From an uncultured Actinomycetota bacterium (GTDB taxonomy: Bacteria; Actinomycetota; Actinomycetes; Propionibacteriales; Nocardioidaceae), in NCBI GenBank assembly GCA_963797505.1, contig CAWCQB010000039.1, positions 307,930 through 371,929 on the forward strand: DNA of 64,000 nucleotides, given 5' to 3'. This document shows, one piece after another, positions 18,526 to 29,673 of this stretch. Numbering within the stretch: the first letter of the stretch is position 1; every line of letters starts with the position of its first letter. Below the pieces are notes generated by a model, which searched no databases, was not told the origin of the DNA, and saw only the letters and a program-made list of their open reading frames with translations. The position numbers were made by a program, and so were the translations under genes.

Positions 18526-19417
18526 TTCAGGTCACGCTCCAGGAATCGTCGTTGCACGAGGGCGATCACCAGCACGATGGCGACGAGCACGACGCCGATC
18601 GCCGAGGCGGTGTCGGGGTTCCCCTGCTCGATGCCCTTCTGGTACATCACGAAGACCGGCGACGCGGAGGCACCGTCCGGACCGCCGCCGTTGGTGAGCA
18701 GGTAGGGCTCGGTGAACAGGTTGGCGCCGGTGATCGTGGCGAGGATGACCACGAGGCTGGTCGCCGCTCGCACGCCCGGCACGGTCACGTTCATGAACGA
18801 GCGGAACCGGCCGGCTCCGTCGATCGACGGCCGCCTCGTAGAGCTCCTTCGAGACGCCTTGCAGCGCCGCGAGGTAGAGCAGGATGAAGAAGCCCATCTG
18901 CTTCCAGGTGACGAACAGCGCGATCACCGGCATCGCGAGGTGGCTGTTGACCAGCCACGACGGCGACGGCGCCAGCGGCCCGAGGAGCTGGTTGACCAGG
19001 CCTCCGGAGCTGAACAGGAACAGCCACACGGCCACCAGGGCGACGCTCGCCGTCACGTAGGGCACGTAGTAGGAGACCCTCAGGAAGGTGCGCGCCCGGG
19101 TGATCGAGTTGAGCCCGGTCGCCAGCAGCGAGTGACAGCACCACGGTCAGCGGCACGTTGATCACCAGGAAGATCGCCACGTTGACGAACGCGCGCTGCA
19201 CGTCGGGGTCGGAGAGCACCGTCCGGTAGTTCTCCAGCCCGACGAACGGACGGTCCACCTGCGCGCCCGGAGCCGCGAAGAAGTAGTCGTGGAAGCTGAT
19301 CCAGACCGCCAGGCCCAGGGGGTAGGCGAACACCAGCGCCAGGAAGAGCGCGTACGGCGCCGCGAACACCGCCCCCAGGGGCTGGCGGCCGAAGACCTTC
19401 GTGAGCACAGGTCTCAC
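18522..19417 (-). CDS. Carbohydrate ABC transporter permease (frameshifted)
   Basis: FVGLENY, WKQMGFFILLYLAALQGVSKELYEAA, FTEPYLLTNGGGP. Confidence 0.92.
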
Positions 19418-19421
19418 GTCG

Positions 19422-20706
19422 TCAGGACTGGCCGGCGAGGTCGTTGGCCTTGTCCGCTGCGGCCTTGATGGCGTCGTCGACCGAGGTCTTGCCGAAGATC
19501 ACCGACGAGGACCAGTTGTCGCGGATCGCCTGCCAGATCTCCACCGAGTTGGGCACGTTGGGCACCTCGACGGTGCGCGAGGCCTGGTCGGCGAAGTCCT
19601 TGTAGTCCGGGTTCTTGGCGAAGTAGTCGGCGTACGTCGTGGGCAGGTCCGTGCGGATCGGCATCTGACCGGTCGTCTCGAGCAGCTTGCCGTCCTGGTC
19701 CTTGCTGGTCGCGAACTTCAGCACGTCCCACGCGGTCTTCTGGTTCTTGCACGCGGAGTAGAGGCCGATGTTCTTGGCGTCGGTGAAGGTGTGGATCTGG
19801 CTGGGGTCCATGCCGTCCTTGGTCGGCACCGGCACCGCGCCCCAGTTGACCTTGCCCTTGTAGACCGCGATCGCCCACGGACCGACGACGGCCATGGCCG
19901 CCTTCTTGTCGGCGAACGAGTCACCGTCGTACTTCTCCTGCGGCGAGTAGCCGTCCTTGTACATCTGCGCCCAGAAGTTCCAGACGTCCTTGCCGGCCTG
20001 TGTCGTCGAAGGTGGCCTTGCCGTCCTCGATCGTCTGCTTGCCACCGGACTCGGCGGCGTAGAGCGGGTAGAAGTCGAACCAGGACTGGAAGAACTCGCT
20101 CGACGGCGCCGGTGCGATCGCCGAGGGAGCGACCTTGCTGTCGACGAGCTTCTTGCTGGTGGCGAGGAACTGGTCGTAGGTCTTCAGCGGCGGGTTGTCG
20201 GCGTCGAGACCGGCCTTCTTGAACATGTCCTTGTTGTAGAAGATCATCACCGGGTTCTGCTTCCACGGGATCTGGTAGTACTTCCCGTCCGGCGACTGGT
20301 ACTGCTCGGCCGCGTCACCCGAGCGCTGCTCGATGTAGTCCTTGGCGCCCTTGAAGTCGTCGAGGGCGACGAGGCCGCCCTGCTTCTGGAACTGGGGTAC
20401 GGCGGCCGGGCTGGTGTTGAACACCAGGCACGGTGCGTTGCCCGCGGTGATCGCGGCCCCGATGACCTCCTCGGAGGTCTTGCCCGCCGGGATCTCCTGC
20501 GCCGTCACCTTCTGGTCGGAGTGCGCGTCGTTCCACTCCTTCACCATCGCCTTGCCCCAGGCGATCTCCTCGGGGTTGTTGGAGAGCCAGACCTTGATCG
20601 GCCCGGTCGAGCTCTCGGCCTTGCCCGAGTCGCCGCCGCTGCCGCAGGCGGCGGTGAGGCCGAGTGCGAGGACGGCGAGAGAGGTGGTGACGAGATGGCG
20701 TTTCAT
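19422..20706 (-). CDS. Sugar ABC transporter substrate-binding lipoprotein (frameshift near 20000)
   Basis: Lipobox LTAAC, MIFYNKDMFKKAGLD, AMAVVGPW. Confidence 0.92.
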
Positions 20707-20713
20707 GGTGCTC

Positions 20714-21736
20714 CTATCGGCGGGGTGACGGACCGGTCGACGAGCGCACGACGAGTCGTGCGTCCGGCAGATCGGCGGGCGTTGGCTCCTCCAGGTCGAT
20801 GAGCTGGAGGAGCCGGGTGGCGGCCGCACGTCCCCAGGCCACGACGTCGGTGTGCACCGAGGTCAGGGACGGCTGGAGGTGTGCGGAGATCTCGATGTCG
20901 TCGAACCCGGTGACCGACAGGTCACCCGGCACCGAGACGCCGCGAGCGAGGGCCAGCGACAGGCCGGCCATCGCCATCAGGTCGTTGGCGAAGACCACGG
21001 CCGTGGGCGGCACCGCCTGGTCGAGCAGGACGCCCATCGCGCGGGCGCCCGACTCGGCGGAGAAGTCCGCCTCGACGCAGGTGCCCTCGGGCAGCCCGGC
21101 GTCGGCGAGGGTCTGGCTCCAGGCGCGGCGGCGGGACCGGCCGTGCACCATCTCCAGCGGGCCGGAGACGTGCGCGATGTCGCGGTGGCCCAGGCCGATC
21201 AGGTGCTCGACGGCGGCACGGATGCCCGGCGCGTCGTCCACGCCGAGGGCGGACTGGCGCGCACGCGGCTGCTCGCCCAGGTCGGGGCCGATCAGGACGG
21301 CCGGGAGGCCGAGCTCCTCGAGCAGCGCGGGTCGCTCGTCGTCGACCTGGAGGTCGGTGACGAAGACGCCGTCGACGCGGCCCTCCTGCACCAGCCGGCG
21401 GTAGGCCGCGTGGTCGGCCTGCTCGGCGACCTGGAGCAGCAGCGCGTGGCCACGCGGCGACAGGGCGGCCTCGAGACCGGCGATGAACGAGGGGAAGAAC
21501 GCGTCCGCGCGCAGGATCTCGGGCGGGCGGGCGATCACCAGGCCGACCGCGAGGGCCTTGGACACCGACAGCGCCCGGGCCCGCGGGCTCGGCGCCCAGC
21601 CCAGCTGCTCGGCGGTCTCGAGGATGCGGCGGCGGGTGTCCGGGGAGATGCCCGGACGACCGTTGAGCGCGAAGGAGACGGCGCCCTTGGACACGCCCGC
21701 GGCGTTCGCCACGTCGTTGATCGTCGGCCGTCCCAT
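20714..21736 (-). CDS. LacI family transcriptional regulator
   Basis: PTINDVANAAGVSKGAVSFALNG HTH; DLSVTGFDDI. Confidence 0.95.
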   Translation of the reverse strand: MGRPTINDVANAAGVSKGAVSFALNGRPGISPDTRRRILETAEQLGWAPSPRARALSVSKALAVGLVIARPPEILRADAFFPSFIAGLEAALSPRGHALLLQVAEQADHAAYRRLVQEGRVDGVFVTDLQVDDERPALLEELGLPAVLIGPDLGEQPRARQSALGVDDAPGIRAAVEHLIGLGHRDIAHVSGPLEMVHGRSRRRAWSQTLADAGLPEGTCVEADFSAESGARAMGVLLDQAVPPTAVVFANDLMAMAGLSLALARGVSVPGDLSVTGFDDIEISAHLQPSLTSVHTDVVAWGRAAATRLLQLIDLEEPTPADLPDARLVVRSSTGPSPRR

Positions 21737-21743
21737 GTGCCCG

Positions 21744-21772
21744 ACTAAACCGGTTTAGTTCCGATGTGTCAA
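21744..21772 (-). promoter_or_regulatory. LacI operator overlapping the promoter of the sugar operon
   Basis: Perfect 16-bp palindrome ACTAAACCGGTTTAGT (21744-21759) inside TTGACA-N17-TTTAGT-N7-ATG. Confidence 0.85.
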
Positions 21773-21775
21773 CCG

Positions 21776-23220
21776 TCACGTCGCGGTGAGGGGCGTGGCG
21801 ATGCTCTCCAGCGACTCCCCCTCGGCCTTGACGCCGAGCACGGCCTCGACCAGCCCTCCGGCCACCATCAGGGCGGCCCCGATGAAGTAGCCGATCGCGA
21901 TCGCGGTGATGTCCTTGTCGGCCGAGGCGTTGTCGATCAGCTTGCCGAACAGCAGCGGTCCGGTGATGCCGCCGACCGCGGTCCCGATCGCGTAGAAGAA
22001 CGCGATGCACAGCGCCCGGGTCTCCATCGGGAAGACCTCGCTGGCGGTCAGGTACGCCGCGCTCGCACCGGCCGAGGCGAAGAAGAAGATGACCGCGCCG
22101 AACACCGTCAGCGAGACGGCGTCCAGGTCGCCGAGCACGACCCCGGCGGCCGCGAGCAGCACCCCGGAGACGACGTAGGTGCCGCTGATCATCTTCACCC
22201 GACCCACCCGGTCGAACAGCGGCGCCAGCAGCAGCGCCCCGGCGAAGTTGCTGGCGGCGAAGATCGGCGAGGTACCAGCCGGTCTGCTTGACGCCGAAGA
22301 ACGTGGACAGGGTGTCGCCGTAGGTGAAGAAGAACGCGTTGTAGAGGAACGCCTGGCCGACGAACAGCGAGAAGCACAGGATGGTGCGCTTCGGGTAGAG
22401 CGAGAACACCGTCCGGGCGATCTCCACCATGCCGATGGAGCGCCGCTGCCGGATGGTGATCGTCTCGTCGACCGGGTCGAGCTCCGAGCCGGTCTCCTCG
22501 CTGACCGTCTGCTCGATGTCGCGGACGATCTGCTCGCCCTCGTCCTCGCGGCCGTGGATGAACAGCCAGCGCGGGCTCTCCGGCACGTTGCGCCGCACGA
22601 TCAGGATGCCGACGGCGAGGACGGCGCCGAGACCGAAGGCGATCCGCCAGCCCCATGCCGGGTTGACGATGTTGGGGTCGAGCAGCGGGATGGTGAGCAG
22701 CGAACCGGCCGCGGCGCCGACCCAGAACGAGCCGTTGATCGCGACGTCGATGCGACCGCGGAACTGCGCCGGGATCAGCTCGTCGATCGCGGAGTTGATG
22801 GCGGCGTACTCCCCGCCGATGCCGGTGCCGGTGAGGAAGCGCGCGGCGAAGTACCACGTCGGGTTCATCGAGAACGCCGTCAGCACCGTCGCCACGGTGT
22901 AGACGCCCGAGGGTCACCAGGAACAGCTTCTTGCGGCCGAACCGGTCGGTGAGCTGGCCGAAGAACAGGGCGCCGACGCACGCGCCGGCGACGTACGACG
23001 CACCGGCGAAGCCGATCTGGGAGCTGCTCATCCCGAGCCCGGTGCTGGCGGGCTTCAGCGCGTCGCTCATCGAGCCGACGATCGTCACCTCGAGCCCGTC
23101 GAGGATCCACACGGTGCCGAGCCCGATCACCACCAGCCAGTGCCACCGCGCCCACGGCAGCCGGTCCAGCCGGGCGGGGATGTCGGTGGTGATGCGGCCT
23201 GTCTCGACTGTGTCTGTCAC
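21776..23220 (-). CDS. MFS transporter (sugar porter/SV2-like; frameshifted)
   Basis: [54 protein letters not shown]. Confidence 0.9.
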
Positions 23221-23281
23221 GCCTGACCACGTACCCCCGGCCTTCCGGGGCAAACTAGGCGGGCGCGTCTAGGCTCCGAGT

Positions 23282-23716
23282 GTGCTGATCACCAACCACG
23301 TCGTCGCGGGAGCGGTGATCGGAGCGGTCGTCCGCCGACCGGCGTACGCGTTCGGGATCGGCGTGGCCTCCCACGCCGTGATGGACGCGCTGCCGCACTG
23401 GGGACACCCCGACTACTCGGTCTTCATCAAGGTCGCGGTCGTGGACGGCCTGTTCGGGCTGGCCACGATGGCGACCCTCGCCCGCGCCGCCGGACCCGAG
23501 CGCCGCGCGGCGGTCGTCGCGGGCATGCTCGGCGCCTGCCTGCCGGACGCCGACAAGCCGAGCACCCTCTTCTTCGGTCGCTCGCCCTTCCCGGGGTGGG
23601 TCGACGAGATCCACAGGCGCATCCAGAACGAGGCCCACGAGCGGATGCCGTTCGAGGCGATCGGCGGCGTCGTGGGCTCGTTCGCGGCCCGGGCGCTGCT
23701 GCGGCGCCTGGGTTAG
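23282..23716 (+). CDS. Hypothetical membrane protein
   Basis: [28 protein letters not shown]-rich motifs (possible metal-binding); TAGGCT-N6-GTG. Confidence 0.7.
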   Translation: MLITNHVVAGAVIGAVVRRPAYAFGIGVASHAVMDALPHWGHPDYSVFIKVAVVDGLFGLATMATLARAAGPERRAAVVAGMLGACLPDADKPSTLFFGRSPFPGWVDEIHRRIQNEAHERMPFEAIGGVVGSFAARALLRRLG

Positions 23717-23725
23717 ACCCAGGGG

Positions 23726-25382
23726 CTAGGCGAGCCTGGCCCGGACCACGTCGTCGAGGACGCCGAGCGGCAGCGACCCGGAGTCGAGCACCGCGCTGTG
23801 GAACTGCTTCACCTGGAAGGCGTCGCCCTGGCGCTGCTCGGCCTCGGCGCGCATCCGCTGGATCTCCAGCCGCCCGACCATGTACGACGTCGCCTGACCC
23901 GGCGAGACGATGTAGCGGTCGATCTCCGGGCGGACGACGCCCTCGGCGAGCGGTGAGTTCGCGACCATGTACTCGACCGCCTGCTCGCGGCTCCACCCGA
24001 GCGCGTGCAGCCCGGTGTCGACGACCAGCCGGCAGGCCCGCATCGAGTCGGCGGAGAACATCCCCATCCGGTCGACCGAGGAGGTGTAGAGCCCCATCTC
24101 GTCGGAGAGCCGCTCGGTGTAGAGCCCCCAGCCCTCGGCGTACGCCGAGTTGTGGATGTGCTTGCGGAACTCCGGAACCTCCTCGAGCTCGGCGGCGATC
24201 GCGATCTGCAGGTGGTGGCCCGGGATGCCCTCGTGGAAGGCCATCGCCTCGAGCTCGAAGGTGCCCCACGACGGTCGGGTCGGCGATGTTGACGAAGAAG
24301 GTGCCACCGCGGCTGCCGTCGCTGGCCGGCGGGAAGTAGAACGCCTTCGCGCCGGTCATCGTCGACTGCACGGCGCACGGCGCCTGCGGGAGCACCTCGA
24401 ACCACTCCGGCATCGCCGCCCAGGCGCGCTCCATCGCGACCTCGGAGGCCTCGACCAGCTGCTCGCCGTTCTCGAAGTGCAGCTTGGGGTCGGAGCGCAT
24501 CGCCTCGAAGATCTCGCCGAGGTCGTCGGTGCCGACCACCTCGGGACCGAGGCTGCGGTACTCGTCGGCCAGCTTGGCGATCTGGGCGAGCCCGATGTCG
24601 TGGATCTCCTGGGCGGTCTTCGTGGTCGTCGTGTAGAGCCGCAGCGTCGCGGCGTACGCCTCCTCGCCGTCGGGCAGCCAGCTCAGGCCGCACTGCTCGT
24701 CGCTGCGGCCCTGGGGCAGCACCTCGTCGCGGAGGACGTCGCGGTACGTCCGCCATGCCGGGGTGCACGTCGGACTCGATGACCGCGCGCAGGCTGGCCT
24801 TCCAGCCGTCGACGTCCATGCCCGTCGGGCGGCGGAGTCGTGTTCAGCAGCGGGATCGTCGGCCACCGGCGAGGAGAGGATGGCGTCGAGCTGGGCGATG
24901 GTGTCGCGCACGGCGAACGCTGCGGGGAACCTCCCGTTGGCCACGCCCTCGCGCTGCCGCTCGGCCAGCTCGCGGTAGTAGCGACCCAGCCCGCGGAACT
25001 TGTCGACCAGCGCGTCCGCGACGTCCGCGTCGGGGAGCGCGAGCATGCCCATCAGGATCGGCATCGAGACCTGCTCGCCGAAGATCGGGTCCGCCGCCAG
25101 CTCCTTGAGGCGCGCCTCGGCGATGTCGGCCCGGGCAGTCGCGTCGGAGGCGACCACGGCACGCGTGATCCGCTGCTGCTCGTCGAGCCCGGTCTCGTCG
25201 AGCCCCTCGGCCCGCTGCGCGAACGCCCGCAGGGTCGAGATCTCGCCGTCCTCGGCCTCCCGCGTCACCTCCTCGAACTCCCCGGCCCGGCCGTAGTCAC
25301 CCAGCAGGTGGGCGCTCGTGGGGTTGGTCTGGAGGTAGTAGGCCCAGTACTCGTCGGCCAGGACGTCGATCTCCGCGCTCAT
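23726..25382 (-). CDS. DUF885 family protein (putative metallopeptidase; frameshifted)
   Basis: [41 protein letters not shown]. Confidence 0.9.
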
Positions 25383-27025
25383 CACCGCTCCTTCGTGTCG
25401 CCGTCGTTGGGGTCGAGACCGAGCTTCTCGGTGGTCTCCTCGCGCATCTGCACCTTGCGGATCTTGCCAGTGACGGTCATCGGGAACTCGTCGACGAGCA
25501 AGACGTAGCGCGGAATCTTGTAGTGGGCCAGCTTGCCGGTCGCGAAGTCGCGCACCTTCTCGGCGTCGAGCGCGTCGGCACCCGGGCGCAGCTTGACCCA
25601 GGCGGCCAGCTCCTCGCCGTACTTCTCGTCCGGGACCCCGATCACCTGCACGTCCTCGATGTCGGGGTGGGTGTAGAGGAACTCCTCGATCTCGCGCGGG
25701 TAGATGTTCTCGCCGCCTCGGATCACCATGTCCTTGATGCGGCCGACGATGTTGCAGTAGCCGTCCTCGCGCATCTCGGCGAGGTCGCCGGTGTGCATCC
25801 AGCCGTCGGAGTCGATCGCCTCGTCGGTCTTCTCCTGGTCGTCCCAGTAGCCGAGCATCACCGAGTAGCCGCGGGTGCACAGCTCGCCCGGTTGCCCGCG
25901 CTCGACGGTCTCGCCCGAGCGGGTCGACGACCTTGATCTCGACGTGCGGGTGCACCCGGCCGATCGTGGCCGTACGACGCTCGAGGTCGTCGTCGGCCCG
26001 GGTCTGGGTGGAGACCGGCGAGGTCTCGGTCATGCCGTAGGCGATCGACACCTCGGCCATGTGCATGTCGTTGACGCAGTGCTTCATCACCTCGACCGGG
26101 CAGATCGACCCGGCCATGCAGCCCGTGCGCAGCGAGGACAGGTCGTGGTCGGCGAAGGTCGGGTGGTTCTGCATCGCGATGAACATCGTCGGTACGCCGT
26201 ACAGCGCCGTGCACTTCTCCTCCGCCACCGCCCGCAGCGTCAGTCTCCGGGTCGAAGCCGGGAGCCGGGATCACCATCGTGGCGCCGTGCGTCGTACAGC
26301 CGAGGTTGCCCATCACCATCCCGAAGCAGTGGTAGAAGGGCACCGGGATGCAGAGCCGGTCCTCGTCGGTGAAGTTGATCGTCTCGGTGACGAAGAAGCC
26401 GTTGTTCAGGATGTTGCGGTGGCTCAGGGTGGCGCCCTTGGGGTAGCCGGTGGTGCCGCTCGTGTACTGGATGTTGATCGGGTCGCCGGGCTCGAGCGTG
26501 GCCATCCGCTCCGCCACGGCCTCCTTGGGCAGCCCCTCGCCCTCGGCCAGCAACGCCTCCCAGTCGGCCGTGCCGATGTAGACGACGCGCTCGAGGTCGG
26601 GGTTGCGGTCCTCGGTCTCCTCGACCATCGCCGCGGTAGTCGCTGGTCTTGAACGACTCGGCGCTGATCAGCATCCGCAGGCCCGACTGGTTGACCGCGT
26701 AGGAGAACTCGTGGGTGCGGTACGACGGGTTGACGTTGACCAGGATCGCGCCGACCTTGGCGCTGGCGTACTGCGCGATCGTCCACTCGGCGCAGTTGGG
26801 TGACCAGACCCCGACCCGGTCGCCCTTCGCGATGCCGGCGCCCATCAGGCCGCGCGCGAGGGCGTTCACGTCGCGGTCGAGCTCGGCGTAGGTCCATCGT
26901 CGTCCGCTGGCGAACTCGACGAGTGCCTCGTTGTCGCCGTACGACGCGACGGTGCGCTCGAAGTTGGCCCCGATGGTCTCCTCGATCAGTGGCGGATCGG
27001 TCTCACCCTTGGCGTAGGACTCCAT
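25382..27025 (-). CDS. AMP-binding acyl-CoA synthetase (frameshifted)
   Basis: [54 protein letters not shown]. Confidence 0.93.
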
Positions 27026-27038
27026 GTCCGCACACTAG

Positions 27039-27755
27039 TCAGCCCATGCCTCCGTCAACAGGGAGCACTGCGCCGGTCACGAACTTCGCCTCCGGCGAGG
27101 ACAGGTAGCGGATCGCCGCGGCGATCTCGGCCGGCGCGATCGTGCCGGACAGCATCATCATCAGCCGGTCGGCGACGCGGGTGTCGAGGTCGTCGGTGAG
27201 CTTCTCGAAGACCTCGGAGACGATCGGGGTGTCGACGGTCCCGGGGCAGATCGCGTTCACCCGGATGCCGTCGGGCGAGAGCTCCAGGGCGAGCGCGCGG
27301 GTGAGCATGGTGAGCCCGCCCTTGGCCGCGGAGTACGCCGTCGTGTACGGCTGCGGCACCCGCCCGGCCACCGACGAGACGTTCACGATGTTGCCCTTGG
27401 CCGCCCGGATGAACGGCATCGCCGCCTGCATCACCATGAACGGCCCCTTGAGGTCGATGGCGTGCACCCGGTCCCACTCGGCGTCGGTGATCGTCTCGAA
27501 CCGGCCGAACTGCACGACCCCGGCGACGTTGGCGAGCACGTCGATGCGACCCCCGCCCGAGCACGCCGCGATCGCGGCCTCGACGGACGCGCGGTCGCCG
27601 ACGTTGCACTCGACGTAGGTCACGCCGTCGGGGACGGTCGGGTTGATGTCGAGGCCGAAGACGGTCTCCCCCATCTCGGCGAACATGGCGGCGGTGGCGT
27701 GACCGATGCCGGAGGCGGCTCCGGTCACGACGACGACTCGTGGTTCCTGGCTCAT
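27039..27755 (-). CDS. SDR family oxidoreductase
   Basis: TGAASGIG, NVAG, YSAAK, VNAICPG. Confidence 0.93.
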   Translation of the reverse strand: MSQEPRVVVVTGAASGIGHATAAMFAEMGETVFGLDINPTVPDGVTYVECNVGDRASVEAAIAACSGGGRIDVLANVAGVVQFGRFETITDAEWDRVHAIDLKGPFMVMQAAMPFIRAAKGNIVNVSSVAGRVPQPYTTAYSAAKGGLTMLTRALALELSPDGIRVNAICPGTVDTPIVSEVFEKLTDDLDTRVADRLMMMLSGTIAPAEIAAAIRYLSSPEAKFVTGAVLPVDGGMG

Positions 27756-27776
27756 GGCTGGACGCTACCAGCGAAC

Positions 27777-27790
27777 TAGAACACGTTCTA
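27777..27790. promoter_or_regulatory. KstR-type operator TAGAACACGTTCTA
   Basis: Exact match to TnnAACnnGTTnnA, just upstream of the TAGCGT-N6-ATG promoter of the SDR gene. Confidence 0.75.
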
Positions 27791-27802
27791 GATGCGATCA
27801 GA

Positions 27803-28363
27803 TCACCGGGCGGTGCGGAAGACCTGCAGCTGGACGCCGTTGGTGTAGCTCCTGGTCTCGGCGAGCTCGAGCTTCTGCTTGTCCTCCGCGTCGGTCGGGA
27901 ACAGCCGCTTGCCGCTGCCCAGGATCACCGGGAAGACCATCAGGTTCCACTGGTCGACCAGGCCCGCCCGGTGCAGGCCCTGGACGAGCGAGGCGCTGCC
28001 GGCCACCTGGATCGCGCCGCCCTCGCCGTCGCGGAGCGCGGCCACGTCGTCCAGGCCGAGGACGGTGGTGTTGTTCCACTCCGGGTCCTTCAGCGTGGAG
28101 GACACGACGTACTTGGGCATCGAGTTGAACTTGTCGGCGAAGTCGCCGTCCCGCTCGGGCCAGGCCGCGGCGAAGCCCTCGTAGGTGCGGCGACCGAGCA
28201 GCAGCCCCTCGACCTCGCTGAGCTCCTCGGCCTTGAAGGCGTACATCAGCGGGTCCGGCTCGATGTCGAACGTCCAGCCGGTGTGCTTGTAGCCCTCCTC
28301 CCCGCCCGGGGCCTCGACGACGCCGTCGAGGGAGATGAACTCGGTGACGATGATCTTGCGCAT
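27803..28363 (-). CDS. Dihydrofolate reductase / RibD C-terminal family protein
   Basis: FISLDGVVEAPG, LLLGRRTY, PKYVVSSTL, FPVILGSGKRLF. Confidence 0.92.
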   Translation of the reverse strand: MRKIIVTEFISLDGVVEAPGGEEGYKHTGWTFDIEPDPLMYAFKAEELSEVEGLLLGRRTYEGFAAAWPERDGDFADKFNSMPKYVVSSTLKDPEWNNTTVLGLDDVAALRDGEGGAIQVAGSASLVQGLHRAGLVDQWNLMVFPVILGSGKRLFPTDAEDKQKLELAETRSYTNGVQLQVFRTAR

Positions 28364-28525
28364 GGCGGTCAGCCTTTCGTGTCGTGTGAGCCGCTGTCAC
28401 CCCCTCCACGAACGGGTGCGGCCGGATACGACAGCCCGCGAAGAAAAGTTTCCGGCCCGCGGCAACCCTTCCGGCCGCGTCCCGCGCGTCGATCATGGTG
28501 AGGACCACCGACGAGGGGAGGCGGC

Positions 28526-29013
28526 ATGCACGACGAGTTCGAGCGTTCGTCGAGGCGTCGGGACGCCGGCTGCTGACCACCGCAGGCCTGCTCACCCGTG
28601 AGCGGCAGCTGGCCGAGGACCTGCTGCAGGTCACCCTGCTCAAGACCTGGAGCGCCTGGCCGCGCATCACCTCCAGCCCCGAGGCCTACGCCCGCCGCAC
28701 GATGGTGAACACCTACGTGAGCTGGTGGCGGCGTCGGTGGAACAGCGAGGAGCCCAGCGAGGAGCTCCCGGAGACGCCGACCGAGCATCCCGATGCGGAA
28801 CGGAACCTCGACCTGCGGTCCGCGCTCGCACGCCTACCTCGACGCCAGCGGGCCGTGATCGTGCTGCGCTTCTACGAGGACCTCACCGAGGCCGCGGTGG
28901 CCGAGCTGATGGGTGTCTCCGTCGGCACGGTGAAGAGCCAGACCAGCAAGGCGCTCAGCCGGCTCGGGATCGACCCGGCCCTGGGCGCGGAGACGATGGA
29001 GGTGTCCCGATGA
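28526..29013 (+). CDS. ECF RNA polymerase sigma factor (SigE family)
   Basis: AEDLLQVTL, AYARRTMVN, LPRRQRAVIVLRFYEDL, SVGTVKSQTSKAL. Likely ATG at 28526 after GGAGG, with an early indel. Confidence 0.93.
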
Positions 29014-29663
29014 GGATCGATGACCTCACCCGCGAGCTCCGGGCCGAGGCCGAGGAGACCCGGACGTGGCCGATGCCCGCAGCACCCTCGCCCGCCCGCA
29101 CCCGGCACCGCCGGCGCGACTCCGTGCTCGTGCTGGTCAGCGTCGTCGCTGTGGCAGCCATCGTCGTCGTGCTCCCGCGGCTGATCGATCGGGACACCAC
29201 CGCCAGCCCCGGTGCCACAGCCCAGCCCTCGGCGGCCTCGAGTCCCACCGACATCCCTCCGTGGCACGAGTGGACCGCCGTACGCTGCCCGTCACGCACG
29301 CACCAGACGTGTGCGGTGCCCTGGATCATCCAGGTGTACGCCGCGAAGTACTCCTCCGGCACGGGGGCACGCCAGCCCGTCTTCGAGGGGACGGCCACCA
29401 GCCTGGAGCTGAAGGTCCGCCTCCACGGCCCACCCCGTGGACGACTCGTGCTGGTGGGCGCCATCCACCCAGGTCCGCGCTCGCGGCTGATGGCGCGGAT
29501 CGGTGACGCGGAGCCGGTCCGGGTGGAGGACCACCTCGCCCTCCTCTGGCTGCCGCGCTCCCGCGGACCCATCGACGTGTGGGTGACCGAGGCGGGCGAA
29601 CCGGCCGCCAAGGAGACGCTCGTCATCGAGGAGTACCGACCCGTCGAGAACACCGGGGGGTGA
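29010..29663 (+). CDS. Putative anti-sigma / single-pass membrane protein
   Basis: ATGA overlap with the sigma gene; MRIDDLTRELRAEAE, one TM segment, P/S/T linker, extracytoplasmic domain with CPSRTHQTC. Confidence 0.7.
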   Translation: MRIDDLTRELRAEAEETRTWPMPAAPSPARTRHRRRDSVLVLVSVVAVAAIVVVLPRLIDRDTTASPGATAQPSAASSPTDIPPWHEWTAVRCPSRTHQTCAVPWIIQVYAAKYSSGTGARQPVFEGTATSLELKVRLHGPPRGRLVLVGAIHPGPRSRLMARIGDAEPVRVEDHLALLWLPRSRGPIDVWVTEAGEPAAKETLVIEEYRPVENTGG

Positions 29664-29673
29664 CACTGGGGGT

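Noticed and set aside
23427-26228. 933-aa acyl-CoA synthetase-DUF885 fusion
   Set aside because: Chimera from frameshifts; the synthetase's true C-terminus ends at 25382.
27776-27791. LexA SOS box
   Set aside because: GAAC-N2-GTTC spacing fits KstR, not the GAAC-N4-GTTC LexA box.
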